Shown: positions 30,589 through 41,867, counted from the stretch's first letter. The stretch is DNA of 64,000 nt from an uncultured Gammaproteobacteria bacterium (GCA_964535515.1 CAZHTA010000002.1:684-64683), one strand, 5' to 3'. Notes: a model not told the origin generated them from the sequence alone. Numbers and translations are program-made.

Positions 30589-32024
30589 ATCTTTTTTACC
30601 ACTCCGTTTATAGCATCAACTTCAATTAAATCACCATCCTTAATTTTTTTAGTTACACCTACCACTCCAATCACTGCGGGAATTTTTAACTCTCGACTAA
30701 TAACAGAAGCGTGGCTGAGCACACTACCCTCTTCCGCCACAATCGCCTTGATCTTTCTCATATACGGTACCATATCAGGTAAAGTTGAGTCTGTTACCAA
30801 AATATCCGTGCCCTCAATTTTCTTATAGTCACTTTTAGACAAAACCAAAACTGCCCTACCACGAACTAAACCACGAAACGCCGGCCTTCCTTGCAAAGCA
30901 ATATTATCATCCACCTCACTAAACTTTAATTTACTTAACAACTTGTTTACAGCTTGACCTTCTATCTGATACCCTCGACTACCAATTCTAAAAAATGCAA
31001 AACCACGACGTCTCTCTAAAATCAGTCTACGCAAACTAACATCTTTAATTAAACCTTTTAATCCATTTTTTACCTCTTCTGGATAGAGATACAAAACATC
31101 CTGAGCTTTGTTAAGCTTTAAAACTCTCGCTACGGCAGCAAATAAATTTTGAACATAATAGGACGACTGATCCATCGCCTCTGAACGCCAACTACGAAAA
31201 TATATTGCCTCATTTAAAGTACGAACTTCTACCCTTTCATCTGGAGACAATTTCTCCAACAACTTATCAAAATCTTTCTTAGATTTTAGATAAGAAGACA
31301 AAAGTTTTTTGTACTCTTTTGCTGGAGTAAACACCGACCTAAGCTCGTGTAAAAAATACTCTTTACTATGAAAATCAAAAAACATCCCTTTGCTTTTTAA
31401 AAAAGAAAATAACTCAGTGTGTTTCTCTAATTGTCGTTTAAATTGTAGTGAGTCCAGACCTGCGTTTTTAGCAACAATAGCTAAATTTAACAAACTCAAA
31501 CGTTCTTCTGCGGTCGCGGTCTGACGCAACGGCGTCATCACTAAATTTTCATATTTCTCCCAATCTCGAAAATGTTTTTTTAATATTCCCAAAACTGATT
31601 GCGCCAATTGTTTCTCAATCATGAATGGCACAAACGCATAAACACCATATTTAACTACTGCGTCTACATATTTTTGATATTCCTTTAACAACTCCGCTGG
31701 TTGCACTTTGTCATATTTGTTAGATAACAATTTTCGCCAAGTTATCTGATCTTTGGTGTTAACTGCATAGGCCTGCTGCATGTATTTCAACATTACTCGC
31801 GGTTTTTTTCGATATGCAACCCACAAATTATTACTGAAAAGATCCCAATCCTTTTTTGCCCCAATCATATTACCAGCACAGCTAGCGATAGTTTTCATTG
31901 TCGGAGCATATACCGAATTAGGAGAAACCAAACTACCATGAACAAAAAAATATACCAACAGTGGTGTACGTTCACGTTTGTGGTACAAAAGCCATTCAAT
32001 TTTAGTAAGCTCCGAATAGTTCAT
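30585..32024 (-). CDS. Protein with C-terminal PEP-utilising (phospho-His swivel) domain
   Basis: DILVTDSTLPD, EEGSVLSHASVISRELKIPAVIG. Confidence 0.85.
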   Translation of the reverse strand: MNYSELTKIEWLLYHKRERTPLLVYFFVHGSLVSPNSVYAPTMKTIASCAGNMIGAKKDWDLFSNNLWVAYRKKPRVMLKYMQQAYAVNTKDQITWRKLLSNKYDKVQPAELLKEYQKYVDAVVKYGVYAFVPFMIEKQLAQSVLGILKKHFRDWEKYENLVMTPLRQTATAEERLSLLNLAIVAKNAGLDSLQFKRQLEKHTELFSFLKSKGMFFDFHSKEYFLHELRSVFTPAKEYKKLLSSYLKSKKDFDKLLEKLSPDERVEVRTLNEAIYFRSWRSEAMDQSSYYVQNLFAAVARVLKLNKAQDVLYLYPEEVKNGLKGLIKDVSLRRLILERRRGFAFFRIGSRGYQIEGQAVNKLLSKLKFSEVDDNIALQGRPAFRGLVRGRAVLVLSKSDYKKIEGTDILVTDSTLPDMVPYMRKIKAIVAEEGSVLSHASVISRELKIPAVIGVVGVTKKIKDGDLIEVDAINGVVKKI

Positions 32025-32125
32025 ACTTCGAAATAGTAACAGAAAAGACCGAGAATTTCAACCCAAAATCTAATTGACCAAAACCATCCTTTAGCGTAAA
32101 ATGGAAGAAAATACTAATTATCCCT

Positions 32126-33544
32126 ATGAAACGCTTTGAACTAATATTTACCTTTCTCCAATTACCTTTGGATTACCTAGCCATAATCCTCGCTGGTTTT
32201 GCTGCCTATGGATTACGTTTTTCTAATATCGTCACTTCAATCCGACCAGTAATCTTTAACCTTGGTTGGGATAAATATTGGCCATTGGTTCTAGTGGTTG
32301 GTATTGGTTGGCTGGTGATATTTGCTTTAAATGGGCTATACAAAATCGACCCAAACCGTAAATTCGCTGCCGACATCTCCCGTATCTTCATGGCCTGCTC
32401 TACTGGCTTTGCCGCCATTACCATTTATGTATTTTTTACCTTACAAAAATTTGATTCTCGCTTCTTGGTATTAGTTAGTGGAGTTTTAGCGATAATCTTT
32501 GTTATATTAGAACGAATGACCGTCCGTGGTATCAAAGCCATTCTTTACCACCAAGGAATCGGACTACGCAAATTAGTAATTGTTGGCAATGAAAATATCT
32601 CCCAAATTATCGCCGATTCATTTAAACAAAAAAAATATCTAGGATATTCTGTGGTTGGTGTTTTTAACCACTTTAGCGAAGAAGTAAAAAAGCAGATAAA
32701 AGAACTCCGCCCTGACGAAATGCTTTTTACTGATCCAAAAGCATCTGAAGAAGAGGCCTTACAAGCCGTAGATTTTGCTAATGAAAATCACCTAACTTTT
32801 CAATATTCAGCTGATCTTTTTGCAACCATTTCCACTAACATGACGGTCTATGCAGTCGCGGGCATACCGATAATCGAACTCCGTCGTGCTCGAATTGGTG
32901 CTTGGGGAAGAATTGCCAAACGTCTGTTTGATATTGTTGTTAGCCTGATTTTGATTATTATCCTCTCCCCGATCTATTTCCTAATTGCCCTGGGTATTTT
33001 AATTGAAACCGGCCGACCGATAATCTACAAAAACGAACGTGTCGGCCAAAAAGGTAAAAAGTTCACCACTTTAAAATTCCGTTCAATGTACCAAAAATAT
33101 TGCACTGGCACACAGTTTGATTCTCAAAACCAAGCGGCACTAACGGAAGAAGAAAAACTAATCGCTAATCAAAATGTTAAGGATGGTCCAGTGTACAAGA
33201 TAAAAGACGACCCAAGAGTTACAAAGTTTGGTCATATCATCCGCGCTTGGAGTTTGGATGAGCTACCACAATTCTGGAATATCTTAAAAGGTGAAATGAG
33301 TTTGGTTGGCCCTCGCCCACACCAACCACGTGAAGTAGAGAAATATGAAAAATGGCACAAGATCGTCATGGTGGTAAAACCCGGTTTAACTGGTATGGCC
33401 CAAGTATCTGGTAGAAGCAACCTCACCTTTGACGAAGAAGTTAAGCTCGACACTTTCTATATTGAAAACTGGTCCTGGTTGTTAGATTTAATAATCTTAA
33501 TCAAAACTCCCTTTGTCGTAATTAAACGCAAAGGTGCTTGGTAA
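32126..33544 (+). CDS. Polyprenyl glycosylphosphotransferase (WcaJ/WbaP-like priming sugar transferase)
   Basis: [39 protein letters not shown]. Confidence 0.93.
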   Translation: MKRFELIFTFLQLPLDYLAIILAGFAAYGLRFSNIVTSIRPVIFNLGWDKYWPLVLVVGIGWLVIFALNGLYKIDPNRKFAADISRIFMACSTGFAAITIYVFFTLQKFDSRFLVLVSGVLAIIFVILERMTVRGIKAILYHQGIGLRKLVIVGNENISQIIADSFKQKKYLGYSVVGVFNHFSEEVKKQIKELRPDEMLFTDPKASEEEALQAVDFANENHLTFQYSADLFATISTNMTVYAVAGIPIIELRRARIGAWGRIAKRLFDIVVSLILIIILSPIYFLIALGILIETGRPIIYKNERVGQKGKKFTTLKFRSMYQKYCTGTQFDSQNQAALTEEEKLIANQNVKDGPVYKIKDDPRVTKFGHIIRAWSLDELPQFWNILKGEMSLVGPRPHQPREVEKYEKWHKIVMVVKPGLTGMAQVSGRSNLTFDEEVKLDTFYIENWSWLLDLIILIKTPFVVIKRKGAW

Positions 33545-33548
33545 AAAT

Positions 33549-34670
33549 ATGCGGATCGCCCTAGTACACGACTACCTCGCGCAAGATGGAGGGGCGGAGC
33601 GCGTCTTAAAAGCTCTCCAAGAAATTTGGCCTAGTGCGCCAATTTTTGTATTATTCCATGATCCTAAGAAAATCAATTACATCCCAACAGAAAAAATCAT
33701 TGAATCATTTCTCGCAAAAATGCCATTTATCCGCTCGTCATTCCCTTGGTATTTACCGCTAATGCCCGTGGCTACTGAACGTCACGACTTAAGCAAATTT
33801 GACATTGTCATTTCTTCCTCCAGTGTCTTCGCTAAAGGCGTTATTACCCCGCCCCATGCTCTCCACGTGTCATATTGCCATACACCCGCACGGTTCCTCT
33901 GGGCAGACAGTCATGATTACCTATCTGATCTAAAAAGAAGCCGACTGATAAAAATAATACTACCACCTTTGATGCATCGCTTACGCCTTTGGGACCAAAT
34001 GAGCACTGAGCGAGTAGACCAGTTTATCGCTAACTCACGCACAGTTCGTCAACGTATTTTAAAATATTACCGTCGTGAAAGTGTCGTTATCCACCCGCCA
34101 GTAACAATCCAGCCAACGACTAACAACAGAGTTGGGCAATATTTTGTTGCCGGCGGAAGACTGGTACCTTACAAACGATTAGATATCGCCATCAAAGTAT
34201 TTAATCGTTTAGGTTGGAATTTAAAAATATTTGGTACTGGTCCAGAGTTAAATTATCTTAAAAAAATCGCTAAACCAAATATTGAATTCTTAGGAAAAAT
34301 CTCTGAAGAAGAAAAAGCCAATATCCTTTCTGGTGCCCGCGCTTTTATCCACCCCCAATTAGAAGATTTTGGCATCACCCCGATTGAAAGCATGGCTGCT
34401 GGTCGCCCGGTTATTGCCTATGGCCAAGGCGGTGCTACAGAAACTATTCGCCACAACATCACCGGCATATTTTTTCCTGAACAAACCTGGGAATCACTAT
34501 ACGAAGCATTAATAAAATTCAAACCTTTTGAATGGGATACCCAGAAGATAAAAGAACACGCGGCTGAATTCAGCGCCGAAAAATTCAAAACTGAAATCAA
34601 AAAGCAAGTTGAGGACTACTATGAAGAATTTAAAAAAGGTTGGAACCAATGTCAATTAAAAGTAAACTAA
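33549..34670 (+). CDS. Glycosyltransferase family 4
   Basis: HDYL...GGAERV, YCHTP, EDFGITPIESMAAG. Confidence 0.92.
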   Translation: MRIALVHDYLAQDGGAERVLKALQEIWPSAPIFVLFHDPKKINYIPTEKIIESFLAKMPFIRSSFPWYLPLMPVATERHDLSKFDIVISSSSVFAKGVITPPHALHVSYCHTPARFLWADSHDYLSDLKRSRLIKIILPPLMHRLRLWDQMSTERVDQFIANSRTVRQRILKYYRRESVVIHPPVTIQPTTNNRVGQYFVAGGRLVPYKRLDIAIKVFNRLGWNLKIFGTGPELNYLKKIAKPNIEFLGKISEEEKANILSGARAFIHPQLEDFGITPIESMAAGRPVIAYGQGGATETIRHNITGIFFPEQTWESLYEALIKFKPFEWDTQKIKEHAAEFSAEKFKTEIKKQVEDYYEEFKKGWNQCQLKVN

Positions 34671-34713
34671 AACCCCGGTTGTTACCGGGGTTTTAAAATA
34701 TCTCAAAAACAAT

Positions 34714-35961
34714 TTAATTAAAACCGATAAAAGAAGAAACAACCAAAGCAACTGTCGCAGCAATAATACCAGCAATTGTTAACCAAGCAATCGCATTTCC
34801 AATTGGCTTGTTGGTGTACTCACCCATGATACGTTTGTTGTTTATTATCTTCATCACAAAAATCAAGATAAACGGCAAAAGAATACCGTTGATATCTTGT
34901 GACCAGATCATTATTTTAATCAAAGAAATACCTGGAATCAAAACCATCAAAGCCGGAACAAAAATAGTAAGGAGAATAATGCTGTAAAACACTCTACCAT
35001 TCTCCCAAGTAGTATCAAACCCTGATTCCCAACCAAACGCTTCACAAATCGCATAGGCAGTGGCAGTTGGTAAAATAAAAGCGCCAAGCATTGAAGCAAT
35101 GAACAAACCAAAAGCAAACAAAAATTGTGCAAGTTCTCCGGCTAACGGACGCAGTGATTGAGCAGCATCAGCGGCGCTCTCAATGCGAATACCATGTTTG
35201 TACAAAGTAGCGGCCGTACCAATAATGATAAAAAAACTAACAATGTCAGTGATAAAAGCACCAATATATACTTCTACTTTTTCCGCCTTGTAGTGCTTAA
35301 TCTCTAGCCCCTTATCAACCACATAGGACTGAATAAAAAATTGCCCCCAAGGCGTGATGGTCGTACCAATCAAAGCAATCATGGTTAAAAGAAACGGCGC
35401 ATTCCACTCTAAAGTAGGTTTAAACATGTCCTTTACGGCCGCACCGAAATCTGGTCCGATAACAAAGCCGTTGATGATATAAACAATGTAGAAAAAAGAA
35501 AACAACAAAAATATTTTTTGCGTGGTTCTAAACGATCCTTTGTAAAGGATAAACCAAACCACTAAAGCTGAAATTGGTACTGACAAATATTTACTAATTC
35601 CAATTAAAGAAAAAGAGGAAGCGACACCAGCAAACTCAGCGGTTACTGTGCCAACATTAGCAACTAACATAAGCAACATCGCTAGTGCTGTCAGTTTTAC
35701 ACCAAAAGTCTCACGAATAATACCGGCTAAACCCTGACGGGTGACTAAACCAATACGCACCCCCATCTCCTGGGTAATCGCCAAAGAAAAAGTAATTAAA
35801 AGTAGTACCCACAACATTTTAGTTCCAAAGTGGGCACCAGCAATTGAATAAGTAGTAATACCACCCGCATCATTGTCAGCATTAGCCGCAATAATACCAG
35901 GACCAATTACTCCCAAGAAAAAAACAATTTTAATCCACCAATGTCGCAATCTACCTTGCAT
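34714..35961 (-). CDS. Nramp-family divalent metal transporter (NrmT-like, Mg-type)
   Basis: GPGIIAANADNDAGGI, GTTITPW; multi-TM. Confidence 0.88.
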   Translation of the reverse strand: MQGRLRHWWIKIVFFLGVIGPGIIAANADNDAGGITTYSIAGAHFGTKMLWVLLLITFSLAITQEMGVRIGLVTRQGLAGIIRETFGVKLTALAMLLMLVANVGTVTAEFAGVASSFSLIGISKYLSVPISALVVWFILYKGSFRTTQKIFLLFSFFYIVYIINGFVIGPDFGAAVKDMFKPTLEWNAPFLLTMIALIGTTITPWGQFFIQSYVVDKGLEIKHYKAEKVEVYIGAFITDIVSFFIIIGTAATLYKHGIRIESAADAAQSLRPLAGELAQFLFAFGLFIASMLGAFILPTATAYAICEAFGWESGFDTTWENGRVFYSIILLTIFVPALMVLIPGISLIKIMIWSQDINGILLPFILIFVMKIINNKRIMGEYTNKPIGNAIAWLTIAGIIAATVALVVSSFIGFN

Positions 35962-35966
35962 ACATT

Positions 35967-37184
35967 TTAAGCTTGCGGCACCAAATGGCGCATCACATCG
36001 TCGATTGTTACTACCCCTAACATTCTCTGCTCTTTGTCCAACACCACAGCTGTATACAGATCATATTTGGTCATAACCTTAATTACGTCTTCCACATCTT
36101 GATCAACTTGTAAAACCGAACTAATTGGAAAAGTTTTAACTAACTCTTTAATATTTTTATCAGGATCAGAAATTAATAACCAACGCAAAGAAACTGACCC
36201 TAAAAACTTATCATCTTCGCCTAAAACGTAAACATAAACAATGGAACGCAAAGTAGCAGATACTTTTTTAATTTCCGCAATCACCTCTCTCACTGTCCAA
36301 TCTGGTTTAACACGAATATACTCAGACGTCATCAAACCACCAGCGGTATCATCTTCATATTTAATCAATTTCTCAATTTTTCTTGCCTTTTGATTTTGAA
36401 TATATGACAAGAAAATACGTGCCTCTTCTTTGGGCATAGTTTTAAGCAAGTCCACGATTTCGTCAGTAGACATCTGTCCTAAAATACTAGACATTTTTTC
36501 TGGACCCAAATATTTAACCAACACTTTCTGCAAATGTGGATCTACTTCTTCCAAAACCTTTGCTGCTGATTTAGCGTCCAAACTAACCACCAATTGACTA
36601 CCGGCTTTAACATTCAAATCTTCAATAACATTAGCCAAATCAGCTGGGTGAAGCCGATTCAAATTTTTAGCGGCTGTATCTAATTTTAAAATGCCTCTCA
36701 CTGGCTGGGTGTGACGCCAATCAATCAAATTAACCTTTAGCCAATCACGAAAATCTAGCCACTCCAAACCCATTCGACGTAACAACCCTTTGGTGCTTAC
36801 ATCAATCCCCACCACGCTCATCTTGTCTTTAAAAATATTAAGACGTAAATCATTAACCCGCACTAACCGTGCACCCTCCACATCCACAATCTGTTCGTCC
36901 ATCACATCACGCTTTAAATATACCCAACCAGCGTTCTCAACCTCAGGTGTAGTAGATATTTTTTTAATTGGTGTTTTAAGAAAAATAAAACGCCGGCTAA
37001 AATTGCCGACGAAAGAATATGGTACTAAAATATTTTCCCCACTCTCTTTGCTTTCTATTACCAAAAATTCTAAAGGTTGATATTCTGACGCTTTGGAACT
37101 AATTAAAATATCTTTTAACCTCCCCACAACCTCATCAGCACTGTCTTTAACCTTATGATTTAGTAATTCACTTAAGTATGGCAT
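35967..37184 (-). CDS. MgtE intracellular-domain/CBS protein (no TM region)
   Basis: PRC-like N-terminus, LHPADLA, TAGGLMTSEY, GVVTIDDV. Confidence 0.85.
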   Translation of the reverse strand: MPYLSELLNHKVKDSADEVVGRLKDILISSKASEYQPLEFLVIESKESGENILVPYSFVGNFSRRFIFLKTPIKKISTTPEVENAGWVYLKRDVMDEQIVDVEGARLVRVNDLRLNIFKDKMSVVGIDVSTKGLLRRMGLEWLDFRDWLKVNLIDWRHTQPVRGILKLDTAAKNLNRLHPADLANVIEDLNVKAGSQLVVSLDAKSAAKVLEEVDPHLQKVLVKYLGPEKMSSILGQMSTDEIVDLLKTMPKEEARIFLSYIQNQKARKIEKLIKYEDDTAGGLMTSEYIRVKPDWTVREVIAEIKKVSATLRSIVYVYVLGEDDKFLGSVSLRWLLISDPDKNIKELVKTFPISSVLQVDQDVEDVIKVMTKYDLYTAVVLDKEQRMLGVVTIDDVMRHLVPQA

Positions 37185-37342
37185 ATGGTAATAGTTAGAC
37201 GCCAATATTATATCCTAAAAAAGAGAAAAAAACAACCATAAACAAAAACACCATCCGCAAAAACCTCCTCGCTATATCTACAAATATTTGTAAACATAGC
37301 GGGAAGCGGATGGTGTCTTGTTGTCTCCTCTCCCCGGGCGCT

Positions 37343-37921
37343 TCATGAAATTAGCGCCTCCTCGATGGCGGCCAAGAAACGGGAGTGCTCGGTCCACAAA
37401 GGGCCGTTGTCGTAGGTTTGTCCTTCTTTTGATACACGACCGAGTGTGTGGTAGTAGCCGCGTTCTTCGAACAGAGAAGCCACGAATTCGATCTCGTCAT
37501 CAGACCAAGCTGAGCCGAGTTCGATGACATCGACTCCACGTTGGACTTCGGGATAGTCAGCCCCGAACGCGAGCAGCTCGCGGAAGGTCGCGGGACGAAG
37601 GTGTCTCCGCCTGAAGCGCGCGAGAATTTCTTCGGTGCGCGCTTTTCTCTTCATGTCAACGAGCACCAAGTCTGTGGTGCTCGCGACACCCCTTTCTTCA
37701 GCACTGTCGAAGCGGGCCATATTCACTCTGATATCGCAGCTGCTGTAGTCCCCAGCGCGTACCAACTCCGCGGTAGGCTTGCGGGGATCGTTGTCGATCC
37801 GGTAGATCCCCTTTTCTTCGACGAGGCGTCGCCTTAGAAATCGGCGAACCTCATCCGGGCACTTCGTTAGTAGTGCCTGGTCTTTCTCCGAGAACAGCTG
37901 AAAGTACGCTTCGGGTTCCAT
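37343..37921 (-). CDS. Hypothetical protein, 192 aa, GC-rich island gene
   Basis: ATG after AAGGA; LRPATFRELLAFG..YP motif; own promoter and long 3' hairpin 37248-37316. Confidence 0.7.
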   Translation of the reverse strand: MEPEAYFQLFSEKDQALLTKCPDEVRRFLRRRLVEEKGIYRIDNDPRKPTAELVRAGDYSSCDIRVNMARFDSAEERGVASTTDLVLVDMKRKARTEEILARFRRRHLRPATFRELLAFGADYPEVQRGVDVIELGSAWSDDEIEFVASLFEERGYYHTLGRVSKEGQTYDNGPLWTEHSRFLAAIEEALIS

Positions 37922-38052
37922 TTGGCCGTTCCTTTCGTTCTAGGGGTTAACTTGGCCATCTTGGCCGAAGGGAAGTTGGGATTTTCGGTCCCAGCCTTCT
38001 TTTGTGAATATTTAATTAAAATTAAACATACCAAAAGAAAGCAGGGACACAT

Positions 38053-38097
38053 TTTTAAAGAACAACGTAAAATATCACGTTTCATTGATTTTGTCAA
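38053..38097 (-). promoter_or_regulatory. Promoter plus boxA-like element for the 192-aa gene
   Basis: TTGACA-17-TGa-TATTTT then TGTTCTTTAAAA. Confidence 0.6.
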
Positions 38098-38131
38098 GAA
38101 TACCTGTTAAAGTATGGTGGTATTTATACCT

Positions 38132-39235
38132 ATGAAAATCGGCATTGACGCGCGCATGTACGGCCCTAACCAAGGTGGCATTGGACGATACATTGAGCAA
38201 TTAATAAAACAACTACAAAAGATTGATCTAAATAATCAGTATGTTTTGTTTTTACGTTCTGATAACTTTACTGACTGTGAAATCACTAACCCAAACTTTA
38301 AAAAAATATTAGCTGACATTAAGTGGTATAGCCTAAAAGAACAAACTAGTTTTAGCGGAATCATTAAAAAAGAGTCTGTTGACCTAATGCACTTCCCCCA
38401 CTGGAACATACCTTTGTTTTACCGCGGTAAGTTTATCATCACTATCCATGATTTAATCATGTATCACTTTCCTCGCACTGAGGCCTCTACTCACGGACCT
38501 TTGATATATTGGGTAAAAGACAAGCTGCATCGCTTGATCTTATCATCTGCTGCCAAACGCGCTATTGCCATTATTGCCACCAGCGAATTTACCAAAAACG
38601 ATATCGTAAAAGAGTTGGGGGTTAGTCCCGAAAAAATCACCGTTACCTACCAAGCTCCTTTTTCTAAAAATACTTCAACTGAACCACTGCCTAGTGAAAT
38701 AAAAAAACCATACGCTTTGTATGTTGGAACTAGCTACCCCCATAAAAATCTTTCACGACTGCTACGTGCCTGGAAGAAAATCGAAGAAAGAAGCCCCGAG
38801 CTTAACCTGGTACTAGCGGGAAGAAAAAACTTTTTTTATGACCAATTGATTGGCTCACCAGAATTTAAAAACTGTGAAAGAATAATATATATACCTAACC
38901 CAACTGACGGGCTATTAGAGACACTCTACCAAAATGCTTACCTTTTTGTCTTTCCTTCACTTTATGAAGGTTTTGGTCTACCCCCACTAGAAGCAATGTT
39001 GCGTGATATTCCCGTTGCCTCATCTAACGGATCCTGCTTACCAGAAGTCTTAGGTAACGCCGCCTGGTATTTTGACCCCAACGACACCGAAGACATGGCT
39101 CGTAAAATTTTAATGACTTCTGACAACCCTGATCTTCGTATTACTCTACAAAAATCCGGTGCTGAACTACTAAAAAAATACTCTTGGGAAGAGCTGACCC
39201 ACAAGACACTTCGGCTCTACCAAAAAAGTGGATAA
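38132..39235 (+). CDS. Glycosyltransferase family 4
   Basis: MKIGIDAR, GGIGRY, TIHDL, HKNL, PSLYEGFGLPPLEAM. Confidence 0.92.
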   Translation: MKIGIDARMYGPNQGGIGRYIEQLIKQLQKIDLNNQYVLFLRSDNFTDCEITNPNFKKILADIKWYSLKEQTSFSGIIKKESVDLMHFPHWNIPLFYRGKFIITIHDLIMYHFPRTEASTHGPLIYWVKDKLHRLILSSAAKRAIAIIATSEFTKNDIVKELGVSPEKITVTYQAPFSKNTSTEPLPSEIKKPYALYVGTSYPHKNLSRLLRAWKKIEERSPELNLVLAGRKNFFYDQLIGSPEFKNCERIIYIPNPTDGLLETLYQNAYLFVFPSLYEGFGLPPLEAMLRDIPVASSNGSCLPEVLGNAAWYFDPNDTEDMARKILMTSDNPDLRITLQKSGAELLKKYSWEELTHKTLRLYQKSG

Positions 39236-39313
39236 CTTCCTAAAAAAACAATGCCAAAAGTTGTAAATTGATGTATAATATAGAAGAGAAAAATCAATTT
39301 AAACTTGGTTCAA

Positions 39314-41833
39314 ATGGCAAAGGCAAAAAAACGCCTACAAGTAAGGCGTTGTGCGGTTTGTAACAAGGCAGGACACAACAAAACTACCTGCTCGCAATAC
39401 CTCGCAACCTTAAAACCGGCAGATCATCCCCGCACGGTGAATTTTTTTGTTCACCATGTTGCACACAGCCCAACTCAATCACCTCATGTGATTGATCTTA
39501 AGAACAATAATGCAAACCACTGGAGTAAGGTGGAAAGCGTCTCCCCTACTGAATCAACTAACCCACTTTATCATTTCTACCACGAGGCAAAATCAAATGT
39601 TGCCACCCCGAACCAAAGTCTTTTCGCGGCGCCGTTAGCAAACGCTCAACGACCAGGAACATTTAATCAAGAGGTAGAAAAAGATTTTGAACCAACACCA
39701 CAAAAAAGTAAACGTACTTCTGTAAATCCATTTAAAACAATTGGGGAAAAAATTAACAACACAAAAGAAAAAATTTCTAGCACGATAACAAACAGTATTG
39801 CCAATACTGCTAGATCAATAGCCAACACAAAAAACAATATTAAAACATCGCTTCGCCCTAACCTAAAGAAAATGATTTGGGCAGGAGCGCTTATGATCTT
39901 CGTAACAATCGTGCCCGGACCAACTTGGGGATATTATCAAAACCTTAAAAGCACTACTGCCAATATCGCCTCTAACGGAACCGCTGGCTTTTTAGCTTTG
40001 CAAGATGCTACCACTGCTTTAATGCAGGCCAACATGCCAGCAGCCCAAGAATCAATGACCACAGCATTAAATCGTTTCGATAATGCGGTCACTACCATGG
40101 AGACTAAACACAAATTCTTACAAAATCTAGCTTCCGCCTTACCGGTAATTGGCGACGAAGTAACTAGCCGACAAAAATTAGTCTTGGCTGGACAACAACT
40201 AACTCTAGGTAACACCTACCTTCTTAAAGGATTAACCGAAAGCCAGAACGCCCCGTCATCCACTCTGACCGCTCGTGCTAATACTATCATCACCCACCTA
40301 CGCGCTGCTTTACCTAATTATGAAAAAGCTTTAGGAAATTTGCAGGCCGTAAAAACCGATGTCCTGCCTTTGCAATATCAAGGTGCGTTTAAAGATTACC
40401 GCACTCTTTTTGCTTCTATCTTTTCTGATTTAAAAAACTTGGACAATCTCGGTGACTCTATTCAAGAAGCATTTGGTGGTAAAGGATTACGACGTTACTT
40501 ACTCGTCTTTCAAAACACACACGAGATCCGCCCTACTGGTGGTTTTATGGGAAGCTTCGCTATTCTCACCGTTAAAGATGGTGAAATTGTAAATTTGGAA
40601 GTACCGCCTAATGGTACCTATGATTTAGAAAAAAAACTTGACACATATCTTGAACCACCCCGCCCAATGCTCTTAGCCAACAACCGTTGGGAATTCCAAG
40701 ATGCCAATTGGTTCCCAGATTTTCCAGCTAGTGCAGAAAAAGCACTCTGGTTCTATCAGCACAGCCGCAACGAAACGGCTGATGGTGTAATCGCTATTAA
40801 CTCTACTGTCTTAGAAAGAATCTTAGGAATAATCGGTCCGGTAAAAGATGAAAAACGTGGGCTGGTTTTAACCCAAGAAAATGCCCTTGGTACCATTCAA
40901 CAAAAAGTTGAAACCTGGGACGAAGAAAAGAAGGATTACCGACCAAAACAAATCATCACTGACCTCTCTCAAACCTTCTTAGAATATTTTAAGAACATCG
41001 AACCAGCAAATCTTTTGCCACTCTTGGTTAACCTGGAAGAGTCACTACAACAAAAAGAAATTCAAGCCTACTTTACTGATTATAAAACTGAGGCAGCGGC
41101 CAAAGAATTTGGTTGGGCCGGACAAATCCTTAACACTAATTCTGACCAAGATTATCTCTTGGTGGTAAACACAAACATTCGTAGTCAAAAATCTGACGCA
41201 AACATCAAACAAACAGTTAGCCACCAAGCAGTAATTAATTCTGACGGCTCAATCACTGACACTGCTACTATCACCCGTACCCATACTGGAACTAATGACG
41301 GCAGCTTGTACGGCGCAATCAATATCGACTACATTCGCCTGTATGTTCCAGAAGGCAGCGAACTAATCTCTGCCAACGGCTTTACTTGGCCAGAAGAAAA
41401 GTCTTTCAAAGTACCGGATAGCTGGGCTAAAAAAGACACATTTTTAGCTGGACTAGAAAAAGAAATTAAAATTGATGCGCAAAGTGGTACCCGTATCACT
41501 AATGAATTTAACAAAACTGCTTTTGCTAATTGGATTATAACCGAACCAGGACAAACCTCACAGGTTGAATTTGTCTATCGATTGCCCAACAACGTCTTCA
41601 CTGGAGAAAAACCATCTGTTATGTCAAAAGAAAAAACCGCTCACTATCAACTAGTCGCCCAAAGACAATCTGGCTCAGAGACTAGTTTTGAAAGTCAAAT
41701 AATTTTACCAAATAATTTAACACCGGTTTGGAAAGATGGAAACGAAATCGAAGTTGCTGCTAATGGCATGGTAATTACACCCCAACAATTAAAGACTGAC
41801 CGTATTTGGAGTTTGGTAGCTAAGGAGAAATAA
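39314..41833 (+). CDS. DUF4012-like membrane protein with N-terminal CCHC knuckle
   Basis: YLLVFQN..E.RPTGGF.GS, DANWFPDFP.SA, DGVIAI; CAVCNKAGHNKTTC. Confidence 0.8.
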   Translation: MAKAKKRLQVRRCAVCNKAGHNKTTCSQYLATLKPADHPRTVNFFVHHVAHSPTQSPHVIDLKNNNANHWSKVESVSPTESTNPLYHFYHEAKSNVATPNQSLFAAPLANAQRPGTFNQEVEKDFEPTPQKSKRTSVNPFKTIGEKINNTKEKISSTITNSIANTARSIANTKNNIKTSLRPNLKKMIWAGALMIFVTIVPGPTWGYYQNLKSTTANIASNGTAGFLALQDATTALMQANMPAAQESMTTALNRFDNAVTTMETKHKFLQNLASALPVIGDEVTSRQKLVLAGQQLTLGNTYLLKGLTESQNAPSSTLTARANTIITHLRAALPNYEKALGNLQAVKTDVLPLQYQGAFKDYRTLFASIFSDLKNLDNLGDSIQEAFGGKGLRRYLLVFQNTHEIRPTGGFMGSFAILTVKDGEIVNLEVPPNGTYDLEKKLDTYLEPPRPMLLANNRWEFQDANWFPDFPASAEKALWFYQHSRNETADGVIAINSTVLERILGIIGPVKDEKRGLVLTQENALGTIQQKVETWDEEKKDYRPKQIITDLSQTFLEYFKNIEPANLLPLLVNLEESLQQKEIQAYFTDYKTEAAAKEFGWAGQILNTNSDQDYLLVVNTNIRSQKSDANIKQTVSHQAVINSDGSITDTATITRTHTGTNDGSLYGAINIDYIRLYVPEGSELISANGFTWPEEKSFKVPDSWAKKDTFLAGLEKEIKIDAQSGTRITNEFNKTAFANWIITEPGQTSQVEFVYRLPNNVFTGEKPSVMSKEKTAHYQLVAQRQSGSETSFESQIILPNNLTPVWKDGNEIEVAANGMVITPQQLKTDRIWSLVAKEK

Positions 41834-41867
41834 TACAAATTTAAAATTAAAATATATTAATTAAAAT

